A DNA stretch of 64,000 nucleotides from Auanema rhodensis (taxonomy: Eukaryota; Animalia; Nematoda): the NCBI GenBank assembly GCA_964057225.1, contig OZ059900.1:20026001-20090000 (forward strand), read 5' to 3'. The position numbers were made by a program, and so were the translations under genes. The notes beneath the pieces were generated by a model. It made no database searches. It worked only from the letters and a program-made list of their open reading frames with translations, and was not told the origin of the DNA. Each line of letters starts with the position of its first letter. Positions within the stretch are counted from its first letter, which is position 1. Of this stretch, positions 24,701-38,472 are shown in pieces.

Positions 24701-27700
24701 TACATGCTGAACACTAGAAAAATACAAAAACACAGTATTTCCCATGAGAAATATTTTATTATGCTGGAAAACCAGTTTTTGGAAATTTCGCTGTAAACAA
24801 GGTTTTGACTTACGATTTCATGTGTTCAAACTCATGCAATGTCAATGAAACCTAGCTCAAAATTGTTCGTACAACGTCTAGTTCCACTTTCACGACAAAA
24901 AAACAGGGGTTAGAAAATTAGGGAAATTAGCATATTCTGAGGGCACGCCCCTTATGGCTAATATTGATTAAATCGATTTTTGTTCATATGAGTCGTCAAA
25001 TGCAACGAATTTCAGCGTGTTACATACTAAAATGAAGCATTTTACATGCTGAACACTAGAAAAATACAAAAACACAGTATTTCCCATGAGAAATATTTTA
25101 TTATGCTGGAAAACCAGTTTTTGGAAATTTCGCTGTAAACAAGGTTTTGACTTACGATTTCATGTGTTCAAACTCATGCAATGTCAATGAAACCTAGCTC
25201 AAAATTGTTCGTACAACGTCTAGTTCCACTTTCACGACAAAAAAACAGGGTTTAGAAAATTAAGGAAATTAGCATATTGTGAGGGCACGCCCCTTATGGC
25301 TAATATTGATTAAATCGATTTTTGTTCATATGAGTCGTCAAATGCAACGAATTTCAGCGTGTTACATACTAAAATGAAGCATTTTACATGCTGAACACTA
25401 GAAAAATACAAAAACACAGTATTTCCCATGAGAAATATTTTATTATGCTGGAAAACCAGTTTTTGGAAATTTCGCTGTAAACAAGGTTTTGACTTACGAT
25501 TTCATGTGTTCAAACTCATGCAATGTCAATGAAACCTAGCTCAAAATTGTTCGTACAACGTCTAGTTCCACTTTCACGACAAAAAAACAGGGGTTAGAAA
25601 ATTAAGGAAATTAGCATATTCTGAGGGCACGCCCCTTATGGCTAATATTGATTAAATCGATTTTTGTTCATATGAGTCGTCAAATGCAACGAATTTCAGC
25701 GTGTTACATACTAAAATGAAGCATTTTACATGCTGAACACTAGAAAAATACAAAAACACAGTATTTCCCATGAGAAATATTTTATTATGCTGGAAAACCA
25801 GTTTTTGGAAATTTCGCTGTAAACAAGGTTTTGACTTACGATTTCATGTGTTCAAACTCATGCAATGTCAATGAAACCTAGCTCAAAATTGTTCGTACAA
25901 CGTCTAGTTCCACTTTCACGACAAAAAAACAGGGGTTAGAAAATTAAGGAAATTAGCATATTCTGAGGGCACGCCCCTTATGGCTAATATTGATTAAATC
26001 GATTTTTGTTCATATGAGTCGTCAAATGCAACGAATTTCAGCGTGTTACATACTAAAATGAAGCAATTTACATGCTGAACACTAGAAAAATACAAAAACA
26101 CAGTATTTCCCATGAGAAATATTTTATTATGCTGGAAAACCAGTTTTTGGAAATTTCGCTGTAAACAAGGTTTTGACTTACGATTTCATGTGTTCAAACT
26201 CATGCAATGTCAATGAAACCTAGCTCAAAATTGTTCGTACAACGTCTAGTTCCACTTTCACGACAAAAAAACAGGGGTTAGAAAATTAAGGAAATTAGCA
26301 TATTCTGAGGGCACGCCCCTTATGGCTAATATTGATTAAATCGATTTTTGTTCATATGAGTCGTCAAATGCAACGAATTTCAGCGTGTTACATACTAAAA
26401 TGAAGCATTTTACATGCTGAACACTAGAAAAATACAAAAACACAGTATTTCCCATGAGAAATATTTTATTATGCTGGAAAACCAGTTTTTGGAAATTTCG
26501 CTGTAAACAAGGTTTTGACTTACGATTTCATGTGTTCAAACTCATGCAATGTCAATGAAACCTAGCTCAAAATTGTTCGTACAACGTCTAGTTCCACTTT
26601 CACGACAAAAAAACAGGGGTTAGAAAATTAAGGAAATTAGCATATTCTGAGGGCACGCCCCTTATGGCTAATATTGATTAAATCGATTTTTGTTCATATG
26701 AGTCGTCAAATGCAACGAATTTCAGCGTGTTACATACTAAAATGAAGCATTTTACATGCTGAACACTAGAAAAATACAAAAACACAGTATTTCCCATGAG
26801 AAATATTTTATTATGCTGGAAAACCAGTTTTTGGAAATTTCGCTGTAAACAAGGTTTTGACTTACGATTTCATGTGTTCAAACTCATGCAATGTCAATGA
26901 AACCTAGCTCAAAATTGTTCGTACAACGTCTAGTTCCACTTTCACGACAAAAAAACAGGGGTTAGAAAATTAAGGAAATTAGCATATTCTGAGGGCACGC
27001 CCCTTATGGCTAATATTGATTAAATCGATTTTTGTTCATATGAGTCGTCAAATGCAACGAATTTCAGCGTGTTACATACTAAAATGAAGCAATTTACATG
27101 CTGAACACTAGAAAAATACAAAAACACAGTATTTCCCATGAGAAATATTTTATTATGCTGGAAAACCAGTTTTTGGAAATTTCGCTGTAAACAAGGTTTT
27201 GACTTACGATTTCATGTGTTCAAACTCATGCAATGTCAATGAAACCTAGCTCAAAATTGTTCGTACAACGTCTAGTTCCACTTTCACGACAAAAAAACAG
27301 GGGTTAGAAAATTAAGGAAATTAGCATATTCTGAGGGCACGCCCCTTATGGCTAATATTGATTAAATCGATTTTTGTTCATATGAGTCGTCAAATGCAAC
27401 GAATTTCAGCGTGTTACATACTAAAATGAAGCATTTTATATGCTGAACACTAGAAAAATACAAAAACACAGTATTTCCCATGAGAAATATTTTATTATGC
27501 TGGAAAACCAGTTTTTGGAAATTTCGCTGTAAACAAGGTTTTGACTTACGATTTCATGTGTTCAAACTCATGCAATGTCAATGAAACCTAGCTCAAAATT
27601 GTTCGTACAACGTCTAGTTCCACTTTCACGACAAAAAAACAGGGGTTAGAAAATTAAGGAAATTAGCATATTCTGAGGGCACGCCCCTTATGGCTAATAT

Positions 27701-30272
27701 TGATTAAATCGATTTTTGTTCATATGAGTCGTCAAATGCAACGAATTTCAGCGTGTTACATACTAAAATGAAGCATTTTACATGCTGAACACTAAAAAAA
27801 TACAAAAACACAGTATTTCCCATGAGAAATATTTTATTATGCTGGAAAACCAGTTTTTGGAAATTTCGCTGTAAACAAGGTTTTGACTTACGATTTCATG
27901 TGTTCAAACTCATGCAATGTCAATGAAACCTAGCTCAAAATTGTTCGTACAACGTCTAGTTCCACTTTCACGACAAAAAACAGGGGTTAGAAAATTAAGG
28001 AAATTAGCATATTCTGAGGGCACGCCCCTTATGGCTAATATTGATTAAATCGATTTTTGTTCATATGAGTCGTCAAATGCAACGAATTTCAGCGTGTTAC
28101 ATACTAAAATGAAGCATTTTACATGCTGAACACTAGAAAAATACAAAAACACAGTATTTCCCATGAGAAATATTTTATTATGCTGGAAAACCAGTTTTTG
28201 GAAATTTCGCTGTAAACAAGGTTTTGACTTACGATTTCATGTGTTCAAACTCATGCAATGTCAATGAAACCTAGCTCAAAATTGTTCGTACAACGTCTAG
28301 TTCCACTTTCACGACAAAAAAACAAGGGTTAGAAAATTAGGGAAATTAGCATATTCTGAGGGCACGCCCCTTATGACTAATATTGATTAAATCGATTTTT
28401 GTTCATATGAGTCGTCAAATGCAACGAATTTCAGCGTGTTACATACTAAAATGAAGCATTTTACATGCTGAACACTAAAAAAATACAAAAACACAGTATT
28501 TCTCATGAGAAATATTTTATTATGCTGGAAAACCAGTTTTTGGAAATTTCGCTGTAAACAAGGTTTTGACTTACGATTTCATGTGTTCAAACTCATGCAA
28601 TGTCAATGAAACCTAGCTCAAAATTGTTCGTACAACGTCTAGTTCCACTTTCACGACAAAAAAACAGGGGGTAGAAAATTAGGGAAATTAGCATATTCTG
28701 AGGGCACGCCCCTTATGGCTAGTATTGATTAAATCGATTTTTGTTCATATGAGTCGTCAAATGCAACGAATTTCAGCGTGTTACATACTAAAATGAAGCA
28801 TTTTACATGCTGAACACTAGAAAAATACAAAAACACAGTATTTCCCATGAGAAATATTTTATTATGCTGGAAAACCAGTTTTTGGAAATTTCGCTGTAAA
28901 CAAGGTTTTGACTTACGATTTCATGTGTTCAAACTCATGCAATGTCAATGAAACCTAGCTCAAAATTGTTCGTACAACGTCTAGTTCCACTTTCACGACA
29001 AAAAAACAGGGGTTAGAAAATTAGGGAAATTAGCATATTCTGAGGGCACGCCCCTTATGGCTAATATTGATTAAATCGATTTTTGTTCATATGAGTCGTC
29101 AAATGCAACGAATTTCAGCGTGTTACATACTAAAATGAAGCATTTTACATGCTGAACACTAGAAAAATACAAAAACACAGTATTTCCCATGAGAAATATT
29201 TTATTATGCTGGAAAACCAGTTTTTGGAAATTTCGCTGTAAACAAGGTTTTGACTTACGATTTCATATGTTCAAACTTATGCAATGTCAATGAAACCTAG
29301 CTCAAAATTGTTCGTACAACGTCTAGTTCCACTTTCACGACAAAAAAACAGGGGTTAGAAAATTAAGGAAATTAGCATATTCTGAGGGCACGCCCCTTAT
29401 GGCTAATATTGATTAAATCGATTTTTGTTCATATGAGTCGTCAAATGCAACGAATTTCAGCGTGTTACATACTAAAATGAAGCATTTTACATGCTGAACA
29501 CTAGAAAAATACAAAAACACAGTATTTCCCATGAGAAATATTTTATTATGCTGGAAAACCAGTTTTTGGAAATTTCGCTGTAAACAAGGTTTTGACTTAC
29601 GATTTCATGTGTTCAAACTCATGCAATGTCAATGAAACCTAGCTCAAAATTGTTCGTACAACGTCTAGTTCCACTTTCACGACAAAAAAACAAGGGTTAG
29701 AAAATTAGGGAAATTAGCATATTCTGAGGGCACGCCCCTTATGGCTAATATTGATTAAATCGATTTTTGTTCATATGAGTCGTCAAATGCAACGAATTTC
29801 AGCGTGTTACATACTAAAATGAAGCATTTTACATGCTGAACACTAAAAAAATACAAAAACACAGTATTTCCCATGAGAAATATTTTATTATGCTGGAAAA
29901 CCAGTTTTTGGAAATTTCGCTGTAAACAAGGTTTTGACTTACGATTTCATGTGTTCAAACTCATGCAATGTCAATGAAACCTAGCTCAAAATTGTTCGTA
30001 CAACGTCTAGTTCCACTTTCACGACAAAAAACAGGGGTTAGAAAATTAAGGAAATTAGCATATTCTGAGGGCACGCCCCTTATGGCTAATATTGATTAAA
30101 TCGATTTTTGTTCATATGAGTCGTCAAATGCAACGAATTTCAACGTGTTACATACTAAAATGAAGCATTTTACATGCTGAACACTAGAAAAATACAAAAA
30201 CACAGTATTTCCCATGAGAAATATTTTATTATGCTGGAAAACCAGTTTTTGGAAATTTCGCTGTAAACAAGG

Positions 30273-32328
30273 TTTTGACTTACGATTTCATGTGTTCAAA
30301 CTCATGCAATGTCAATGAAACCTAGCTCAAAATTGTTCGTACAACGTCTAGTTCCACTTTCACGACAAAAAAACAGGGGTTAGAAAATTAGGGAAATTAG
30401 CATATTCTGAGGGCACGCCCCTTATGGCTAGTATTGATTAAATCGATTTTTGTTCATATGAGTCGTCAAATGCAACGAAGTTCAGCGTGTTACATACTAA
30501 AATGAAACATTTTACATGCTGAACACTAGAAAAATACAAAAACACAGTATTTCCCATGAGAAATATTTTATTATGCTGGAAAACCAGTTTTTGGAAATTT
30601 CGCTGTAAACAAGGTTTTGACTTACGATTTCATGTGTTCAAACTCATGCAATGTCAATGAAACCTAGCTCAAAATTGTTCGTACAACGTCTAGTTCCACT
30701 TTCACGACAAAAAAACAGGGGTTAGAAAATTAAGGAAATTAGCATATTCTGAGGGCACGCCCCTTATGGCTAATATTGATTAAATCGATTTTTGTTCATA
30801 TGAGTCGTCAAATGCAACGAGTTTCAGCGTGTTACATACTAAAATGAAGCATTTTACATGCTGAACACTAAAAAAATACAAAAACACAGTATTTCCCATG
30901 AGAAATATTTTATTATGCTGGAAAACCAGTTTTTGGAAATTTCGCTGTAAACAAGGTTTTGACTTACGATTTCATGTGTTCAAACTCATGCAATGTCAAT
31001 GAAACCTAGCTCAAAATTGTTCGTACAACGTCTAGTTCCACTTTCACGACAAAAAAAAACAGGGGTTAGAAAATTAGGGAAATTAGCATATTCTGAGGGC
31101 ACGCCCCTTATGGCTAATATTGATTAAATCGATTTTTGTTCATATGAGTCGTCAAATGCAACGAGTTTCAGCGTGTTACATACTAAAATGAAGCATTTTA
31201 CATGCTGAACACTAGAAAAATACAAAAACACAGTATTTCCCATGAGAAATATTTTATTATGCTGGAAAACCAGTTTTTGGAAATTTCGCTGTAAACAAGG
31301 TTTTGACTTACGATTTCATGTGTTCAAACTCATGCAATGTCAATGAAACCTAGCTCAAAATTGTTCGTACAACGTCTAGTTCCACTTTCACGACAAAAAA
31401 ACAGGGGTTAGAAAATTAGGGAAATTAGCATATTCTGAGGGCACGCCCCTTATGGCTAGTATTGATTAAATCGATTTTTGTTCATATGAGTCGTCAAATG
31501 CAACGAAGTTCAGCGTGTTACATACTAAAATGAAACATTTTACATGCTGAACACTAGAAAAATACAAAAACACAGTATTTCCCATGAGAAATATTTTATT
31601 ATGCTGGAAAACCAGTTTTTGGAAATTTCGCTGTAAACAAGGTTTTGACTTACGATTTCATGTGTTCAAACTCATGCAATGTCAATGAAACCTAGCTCAA
31701 AATTGTTCGTACAACGTCTAGTTCCACTTTCACGACAAAAAAACAGGGGTTAGAAAATTAAGGAAATTAGCATATTCTGAGGGCACGCCCCTTATGGCTA
31801 ATATTGATTAAATCGATTTTTGTTCATATGAGTCGTCAAATGCAACGAGTTTCAGCGTGTTACATACTAAAATGAAGCATTTTACATGCTGAACACTAAA
31901 AAAATACAAAAACACAGTATTTCCCATGAGAAATATTTTATTATGCTGGAAAACCAGTTTTTGGAAATTTCGCTGTAAACAAGGTTTTGACTTACGATTT
32001 CATGTGTTCAAACTCATGCAATGTCAATGAAACCTAGCTCAAAATTGTTCGTACAACGTCTAGTTCCACTTTCACGACAAAAAAAAACAGGGGTTAGAAA
32101 ATTAGGGAAATTAGCATATTCTGAGGGCACGCCCCTTATGGCTAATATTGATTAAATCGATTTTTGTTCATATGAGTCGTCAAATGCAACGAGTTTCAGC
32201 GTGTTACATACTAAAATGAAGCATTTTACATGCTGAACACTAGAAAAATACAAAAACACAGTATTTCCCATGAGAAATATTTTATTATGCTGGAAAACCA
32301 GTTTTTGGAAATTTCGCTGTAAACAAGG
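30273..32328 (+). repeat. Tandem duplication of a 3-monomer block (period 1028 bp)
   Basis: [GCTAGT+CGAAGTT+GAAACAT], [CGAGTTT+ACTAAAA], [A9 tract+CGAGTTT] occurs at 30273-31300 and 31301-32328. 1028 = 3x342+2. Confidence 0.92.
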
Positions 32329-33354
32329 TTTTGACTTACGATTTCATGTGTTCAAACTCATGCAATGTCAATGAAACCTAGCTCAAAATTGTTCGTACAA
32401 CGTCTAGTTCCACTTTCACGACAAAAAAAAAGGGGTTAGAAAATTAAGGAAATTAGCATATTCTGAGGGCACGCCCCTTATGGCTAATATTGATTAAATC
32501 GATTTTTGTTCATATGAGTCGTCAAATGCAACGAATTTCAGCGTGTTACATACTAAAATGAAGCATTTTACATGCTGAACACTAGAAAAATACAAAAACA
32601 CAGTATTTCCCATGAGAAATATTTTATTATGCTGGAAAACCAGTTTTTGGAAATTTCGCTGTAAACAAGGTTTTGACTTACGATTTCATGTGTTCAAACT
32701 CATGCAATGTCAATGAAACCTAGCTCAAAATTGTTCGTACAACGTCTAGTTCCACTTTCACGACAAAAAAACAGGGGTTAGAAAATTAGGGAAATTAGCA
32801 TATTCTGAGCGCACGCCCCTTATGGCTAATATTGATTAAATCGATTTTTGTTCATATGAGTCGTCAAATGCAACGAATTTCAGCGTGTTACATACTAAAA
32901 TGAAGCATTTTACATGCTGAACACTAGAAAAATACAAAAACACAGTATTTCCCATGAGAAATATTTTATTATGCTGGAAAACCAGTTTTTGGAAATTTCG
33001 CTGTAAACAAGGTTTTGACTTACGATTTCATGTGTTCAAACTCATGCAATGTCAATGAAACCTAGCTCAAAATTGTTCGTACAACGTCTAGTTCCACTTT
33101 CACGACAAAAAAACAGGGGTTAGAAAATTAGGGAAATTAGCATATTCTGAGGGCACGCCCCTTATGGCTAATATTGATTAAATCGATTTTTGTTCATATG
33201 AGTCGTCAAATGCAACGAATTTCAGCGTGTTACATACTAAAATGAAGCATTTTACATGCTGAACACTAGAAAAATACAAAAACACAGTATTTTCCATGAG
33301 AAATATTTTATTATGCTGGAAAACCAGTTTTTGGAAATTTCGCTGTAAACAAGG

Positions 33355-33683
33355 TTTTGACTTACGATTTCATGTGTTATGTCAATGAAACCTAGCTCAA
33401 AATTGTTCGTACAACGTCTAGTTCCACTTTCACGACAAAAAACAGGGGTTAGAAAATTAAGGAAATTAGCATATTCTGAGGGCACGCCCCTTATGGCTAA
33501 TATTGATTAAATCGATTTTTGTTCATATGAGTCGTCAAATGCAACGAATTTCAACGTGTTACATACTAAAATGAAGCATTTTACATGCTGAACACTAGAA
33601 AAATACAAAAACACAGTATTTCCCATGAGAAATATTTTATTATGCTGGAAAACCAGTTTTTGGAAATTTCGCTGTAAACAAGG
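33355..33683 (+). repeat. 329-bp monomer with a 12-bp deletion (CAAACTCATGCA) and an A6 tract
   Basis: TGTGTT|ATGTCAATG junction at 33378/33379; next monomer starts at 33684. Confidence 0.95.
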
Positions 33684-36600
33684 TTTTGACTTACGATTTC
33701 ATGTGTTCAAACTCATGCAATGTCAATGAAACCTAGCTCAAAATTGTTCGTACAACGTCTAGTTCCACTTTCACGACAAAAAAACAGGGGTTAGAAAATT
33801 AGGGAAATTAGCATATTCTGAGGGCACGCCCCTTATGGCTAGTATTGATTAAATCGATTTTTGTTCATATGAGTCGTCAAATGCAAATAAGTTCAGCGTG
33901 TTACATACTAAAATGAAACATTTTACATGCTGAACACTAGAAAAATACAAAAACACAGTATTTCCCATGAGAAATATTTTATTATGCTGGAAAACCAGTT
34001 TTTGGAAATTTCGCTGTAAACAAGGTTTTGACTTACGATTTCATGTGTTCAAACTCATGCAATGTCAATGAAACCTAGCTCAAAATTGTTCGTACAACGT
34101 CTAGTTCCACTTTCACGACAAAAAAACAGGGGTTAGAAAATTAAGGAAATTAGCATATTCTGAGGGCACGCCCCTTATGGCTAATATTGATTAAATCGAT
34201 TTTTGTTCATATGAGTCGTCAAATGCAACGAATTTCAGCGTGTTACATACTAAAATGAAGCATTTTACATGCTGAACACTAGAAAAATACAAAAACACAG
34301 TATTTCCCATGAGAAATATTTTATTATGCTGGAAAACCAGTTTTTGGAAATTTCGCTGTAAACAAGGTTTTGACTTACGATTTCATGTGTTCAAACTCAT
34401 GCAATGTCAATGAAACCTAGCTCAAAATTGTTCGTACAACGTCTAGTTCCACTTTCACGACAAAAAAACAAGGGTTAGAAAATTAGGGAAATTAGCATAT
34501 TCTGAGGGCACGCCCCTTATGGCTAATATTGATTAAATCGATTTTTGTTCATATGAGTCGTCAAATGCAACGAATTTCAGCGTGTTACATACTAAAATGA
34601 AGCATTTTACATGCTGAACACTAAAAAAATACAAAAACACAGTATTTCCCATGAGAAATATTTTATTATGCTGGAAAACCAGTTTTTGGAAATTTCGCTG
34701 TAAACAAGGTTTTGACTTACGATTTCATGTGTTCAAACTCATGCAATGTCAATGAAACCTAGCTCAAAATTGTTCGTACAACGTCTAGTTCCACTTTCAC
34801 GACAAAAAAAAACAGGGGTTAGAAAATTAGGGAAATTAGCATATTCTGAGGGCACGCCCCTTATGGCTAATATTGATTAAATCGATTTTTGTTCATATGA
34901 GTCGTCAAATGCAACGAGTTTCAGCGTGTTACATACTAAAACGAAGTATTTTACATGCTGAACACTAGAAAAATACAAAAACACAGTATTTCCCATGAGA
35001 AATATTTTATTATGCTGGAAAACCAGTTTTTGGAAATTTCGCTGTAAACAAGGTTTTGACTTACGATTTCATGTGTTCAAACTCATGCAATGTCAATGAA
35101 ACCTAGCTCAAAATTGTTCGTACAACGTCTAGTTCCACTTTCACGACAAAAAAACAGGGGTTAGAAAATTAAGGAAATTAGCATATTCTGAGGGCACGCC
35201 CCTTATGGCTAATATTGATTAAATCGATTTTTGTTCATATGAGTCGTCAAATGCAACGAATTTCAGCGTGTTACATACTAAAATGAAGCATTTTACATGC
35301 TGAACACTAGAAAAATACAAAAACACAGTATTTCCCATGAGAAATATTTTATTATGCTGGAAAACCAGTTTTTGGAAATTTCGCTGTAAACAAGGTTTTG
35401 ACTTACGATTTCATGTGTTCAAACTCATGCAATGTCAATGAAACCTAGCTCAAAATTGTTCGTACAACGTCTAGTTCCACTTTCACGACAAAAAAACAGG
35501 GGTTAGAAAATTAGGGAAATTAGCATATTCTGAGCGCACGCCCCTTATGGCTAATATTGATTAAATCGATTTTTGTTCATATGAGTCGTCAAATGCAACG
35601 AATTTCAGCGTGTTACATACTAAAATGAAGCATTTTACATGCTGAACACTAGAAAAATACAAAAACACAGTATTTCCCATGAGAAATATTTTATTATGCT
35701 GGAAAACCAGTTTTTGGAAATTTCGCTGTAAACAAGGTTTTGACTTACGATTTCATGTGTTCAAACTCATGCAATGTCAATGAAACCTAGCTCAAAATTG
35801 TTCGTACAACGTCTAGTTCCACTTTCACGACAAAAAAACAGGGGTTAGAAAATTAGGGAAATTAGCATATTCTGAGGGCACGCCCCTTATGGCTAATATT
35901 GATTAAATCGATTTTTGTTCATATGAGTCGTCAAATGCAACGAATTTCAGCGTGTTACATACTAAAATGAAGCATTTTACATGCTGAACACTAGAAAAAT
36001 ACAAAAACACAGTATTTTCCATGAGAAATATTTTATTATGCTGGAAAACCAGTTTTTGGAAATTTCGCTGTAAACAAGGTTTTGACTTACGATTTCATGT
36101 GTTCAAACTCATGCAATGTCAATGAAACCTAGCTCAAAATTGTTCGTACAACGTCTAGTTCCACTTTCACGACAAAAAAACAGGGGTTAGAAAATTAAGG
36201 AAATTAGCATATTCTGAGGGCACGCCCCTTATGGCTAATATTGATTAAATCGATTTTTGTTCATATGAGTCGTCAAATGCAACGAATTTCAGCGTGTTAC
36301 ATACTAAAATGAAGCATTTTACGTGCTGAACACTAGAAAAATACAAAAACACAGTATTTCCCATGAGAAATATTTTATTATGCTGGAAAACCAGTTTTTG
36401 GAAATTTCGCTGTAAACAAGGTTTTGACTTACGATTTCATGTGTTCAAACTCATGCAATGTCAATGAAACCTAGCTCAAAATTGTTCGTACAACGTCTAG
36501 TTCCACTTTCACGACAAAAAAACAGGGGTTAGAAAATTAAGGAAATTAGCATATTCTGAGGGCACGCCCCTTATGGCTAATATTGATTAAATCGATTTTT

Positions 36601-36763
36601 GTTCATATGAGTCGTCAAATGCAACGAATTTCAGCGTGTTACATACTAAAATGAAGCATTTTACATGCTGAACACTAGAAAAATACAAAAACACAGTATT
36701 TCCCATGAGAAATATTTTATTATGCTGGAAAACCAGTTTTTGGAAATTTCGCTGTAAACAAGG

Positions 36764-38472
36764 TTTTGACTTACGATTTCATGTGTTCAAACTCATGCAA
36801 TGTCAATGAAACCTAGCTCAAAATTGTTCGTACAACGTCTAGTTCCACTTTCACGACAAAAAAACAGGGGTTAGAAAATTAAGGAAATTAGCATATTCTG
36901 AGGGCACGCCCCTTATGGCTAATATTGATTAAATCGATTTTTGTTCATATGAGTCGTCAAATGCAACGAATTTCAGCGTGTTACATACTAAAATGAAGCA
37001 TTTTATATGCTGAACACTAGAAAAATACAAAAACACAGTATTTCCCATGAGAAATATTTTATTATGCTGGAAAACCAGTTTTTGGAAATTTCGCTGTAAA
37101 CAAGGTTTTGACTTACGATTTCATGTGTTCAAACTCATGCAATGTCAATGAAACCTAGCTCAAAATTGTTCGTACAACGTCTAGTTCCACTTTCACGACA
37201 AAAAAACAGGGGTTAGAAAATTAAGGAAATTAGCATATTCTGAGGGCACGCCCCTTATGGCTAATATTGATTAAATCGATTTTTGTTCATATGAGTCGTC
37301 AAATGCAACGAATTTCAGCGTGTTACATACTAAAATGAAGCATTTTACATGCTGAACACTAAAAAAATACAAAAACACAGTATTTCCCATGAGAAATATT
37401 TTATTATGCTGGAAAACCAGTTTTTGGAAATTTCGCTGTAAACAAGGTTTTGACTTACGATTTCATGTGTTCAAACTCATGCAATGTCAATGAAACCTAG
37501 CTCAAAATTGTTCGTACAACGTCTAGTTCCACTTTCACGACAAAAAACAGGGGTTAGAAAATTAAGGAAATTAGCATATTCTGAGGGCACGCCCCTTATG
37601 GCTAATATTGATTAAATCGATTTTTGTTCATATGAGTCGTCAAATGCAACGAATTTCAGCGTGTTACATACTAAAATGAAGCATTTTACATGCTGAACAC
37701 TAGAAAAATACAAAAACACAGTATTTCCCATGAGAAATATTTTATTATGCTGGAAAACCAGTTTTTGGAAATTTCGCTGTAAACAAGGTTTTGACTTACG
37801 ATTTCATGTGTTCAAACTCATGCAATGTCAATGAAACCTAGCTCAAAATTGTTCGTACAACGTCTAGTTCCACTTTCACGACAAAAAAACAAGGGTTAGA
37901 AAATTAGGGAAATTAGCATATTCTGAGGGCACGCCCCTTATGGCTAATATTGATTAAATCGATTTTTGTTCATATGAGTCGTCAAATGCAACGAATTTCA
38001 GCGTGTTACATACTAAAATGAAGCATTTTACATGCTGAACACTAAAAAAATACAAAAACACAGTATTTCTCATGAGAAATATTTTATTATGCTGGAAAAC
38101 CAGTTTTTGGAAATTTCGCTGTAAACAAGGTTTTGACTTACGATTTCATGTGTTCAAACTCATGCAATGTCAATGAAACCTAGCTCAAAATTGTTCGTAC
38201 AACGTCTAGTTCCACTTTCACGACAAAAAAACAGGGGGTAGAAAATTAGGGAAATTAGCATATTCTGAGGGCACGCCCCTTATGGCTAGTATTGATTAAA
38301 TCGATTTTTGTTCATATGAGTCGTCAAATGCAACGAATTTCAGCGTGTTACATACTAAAATGAAGCATTTTACATGCTGAACACTAGAAAAATACAAAAA
38401 CACAGTATTTCCCATGAGAAATATTTTATTATGCTGGAAAACCAGTTTTTGGAAATTTCGCTGTAAACAAGG
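36764..38472 (+). repeat. Dispersed copy of the 5-monomer block at 27197-28905 (offset 9567 bp, 28 monomers)
   Basis: Same order in both places: TTTTATATG; ACTAAAAAAA; A6 tract; CAAGGG+ACTAAA+TTTCTCATG; GGGGGTAG+GCTAGT. Confidence 0.9.

Noticed and set aside
33252-33485. 77-aa minus-strand ORF (MPSEYANF...)
   Set aside because: It lies entirely in satellite sequence and exists only because the 12-bp deletion and A6 tract in one monomer change the frame and stops. It has a non-ATG start and no recognisable protein motif.
27961-37560. A6/A9 tract length changes as sequencing errors
   Set aside because: They recur in duplicated blocks together with linked substitutions, so most are probably real. 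They are not notable on their own.
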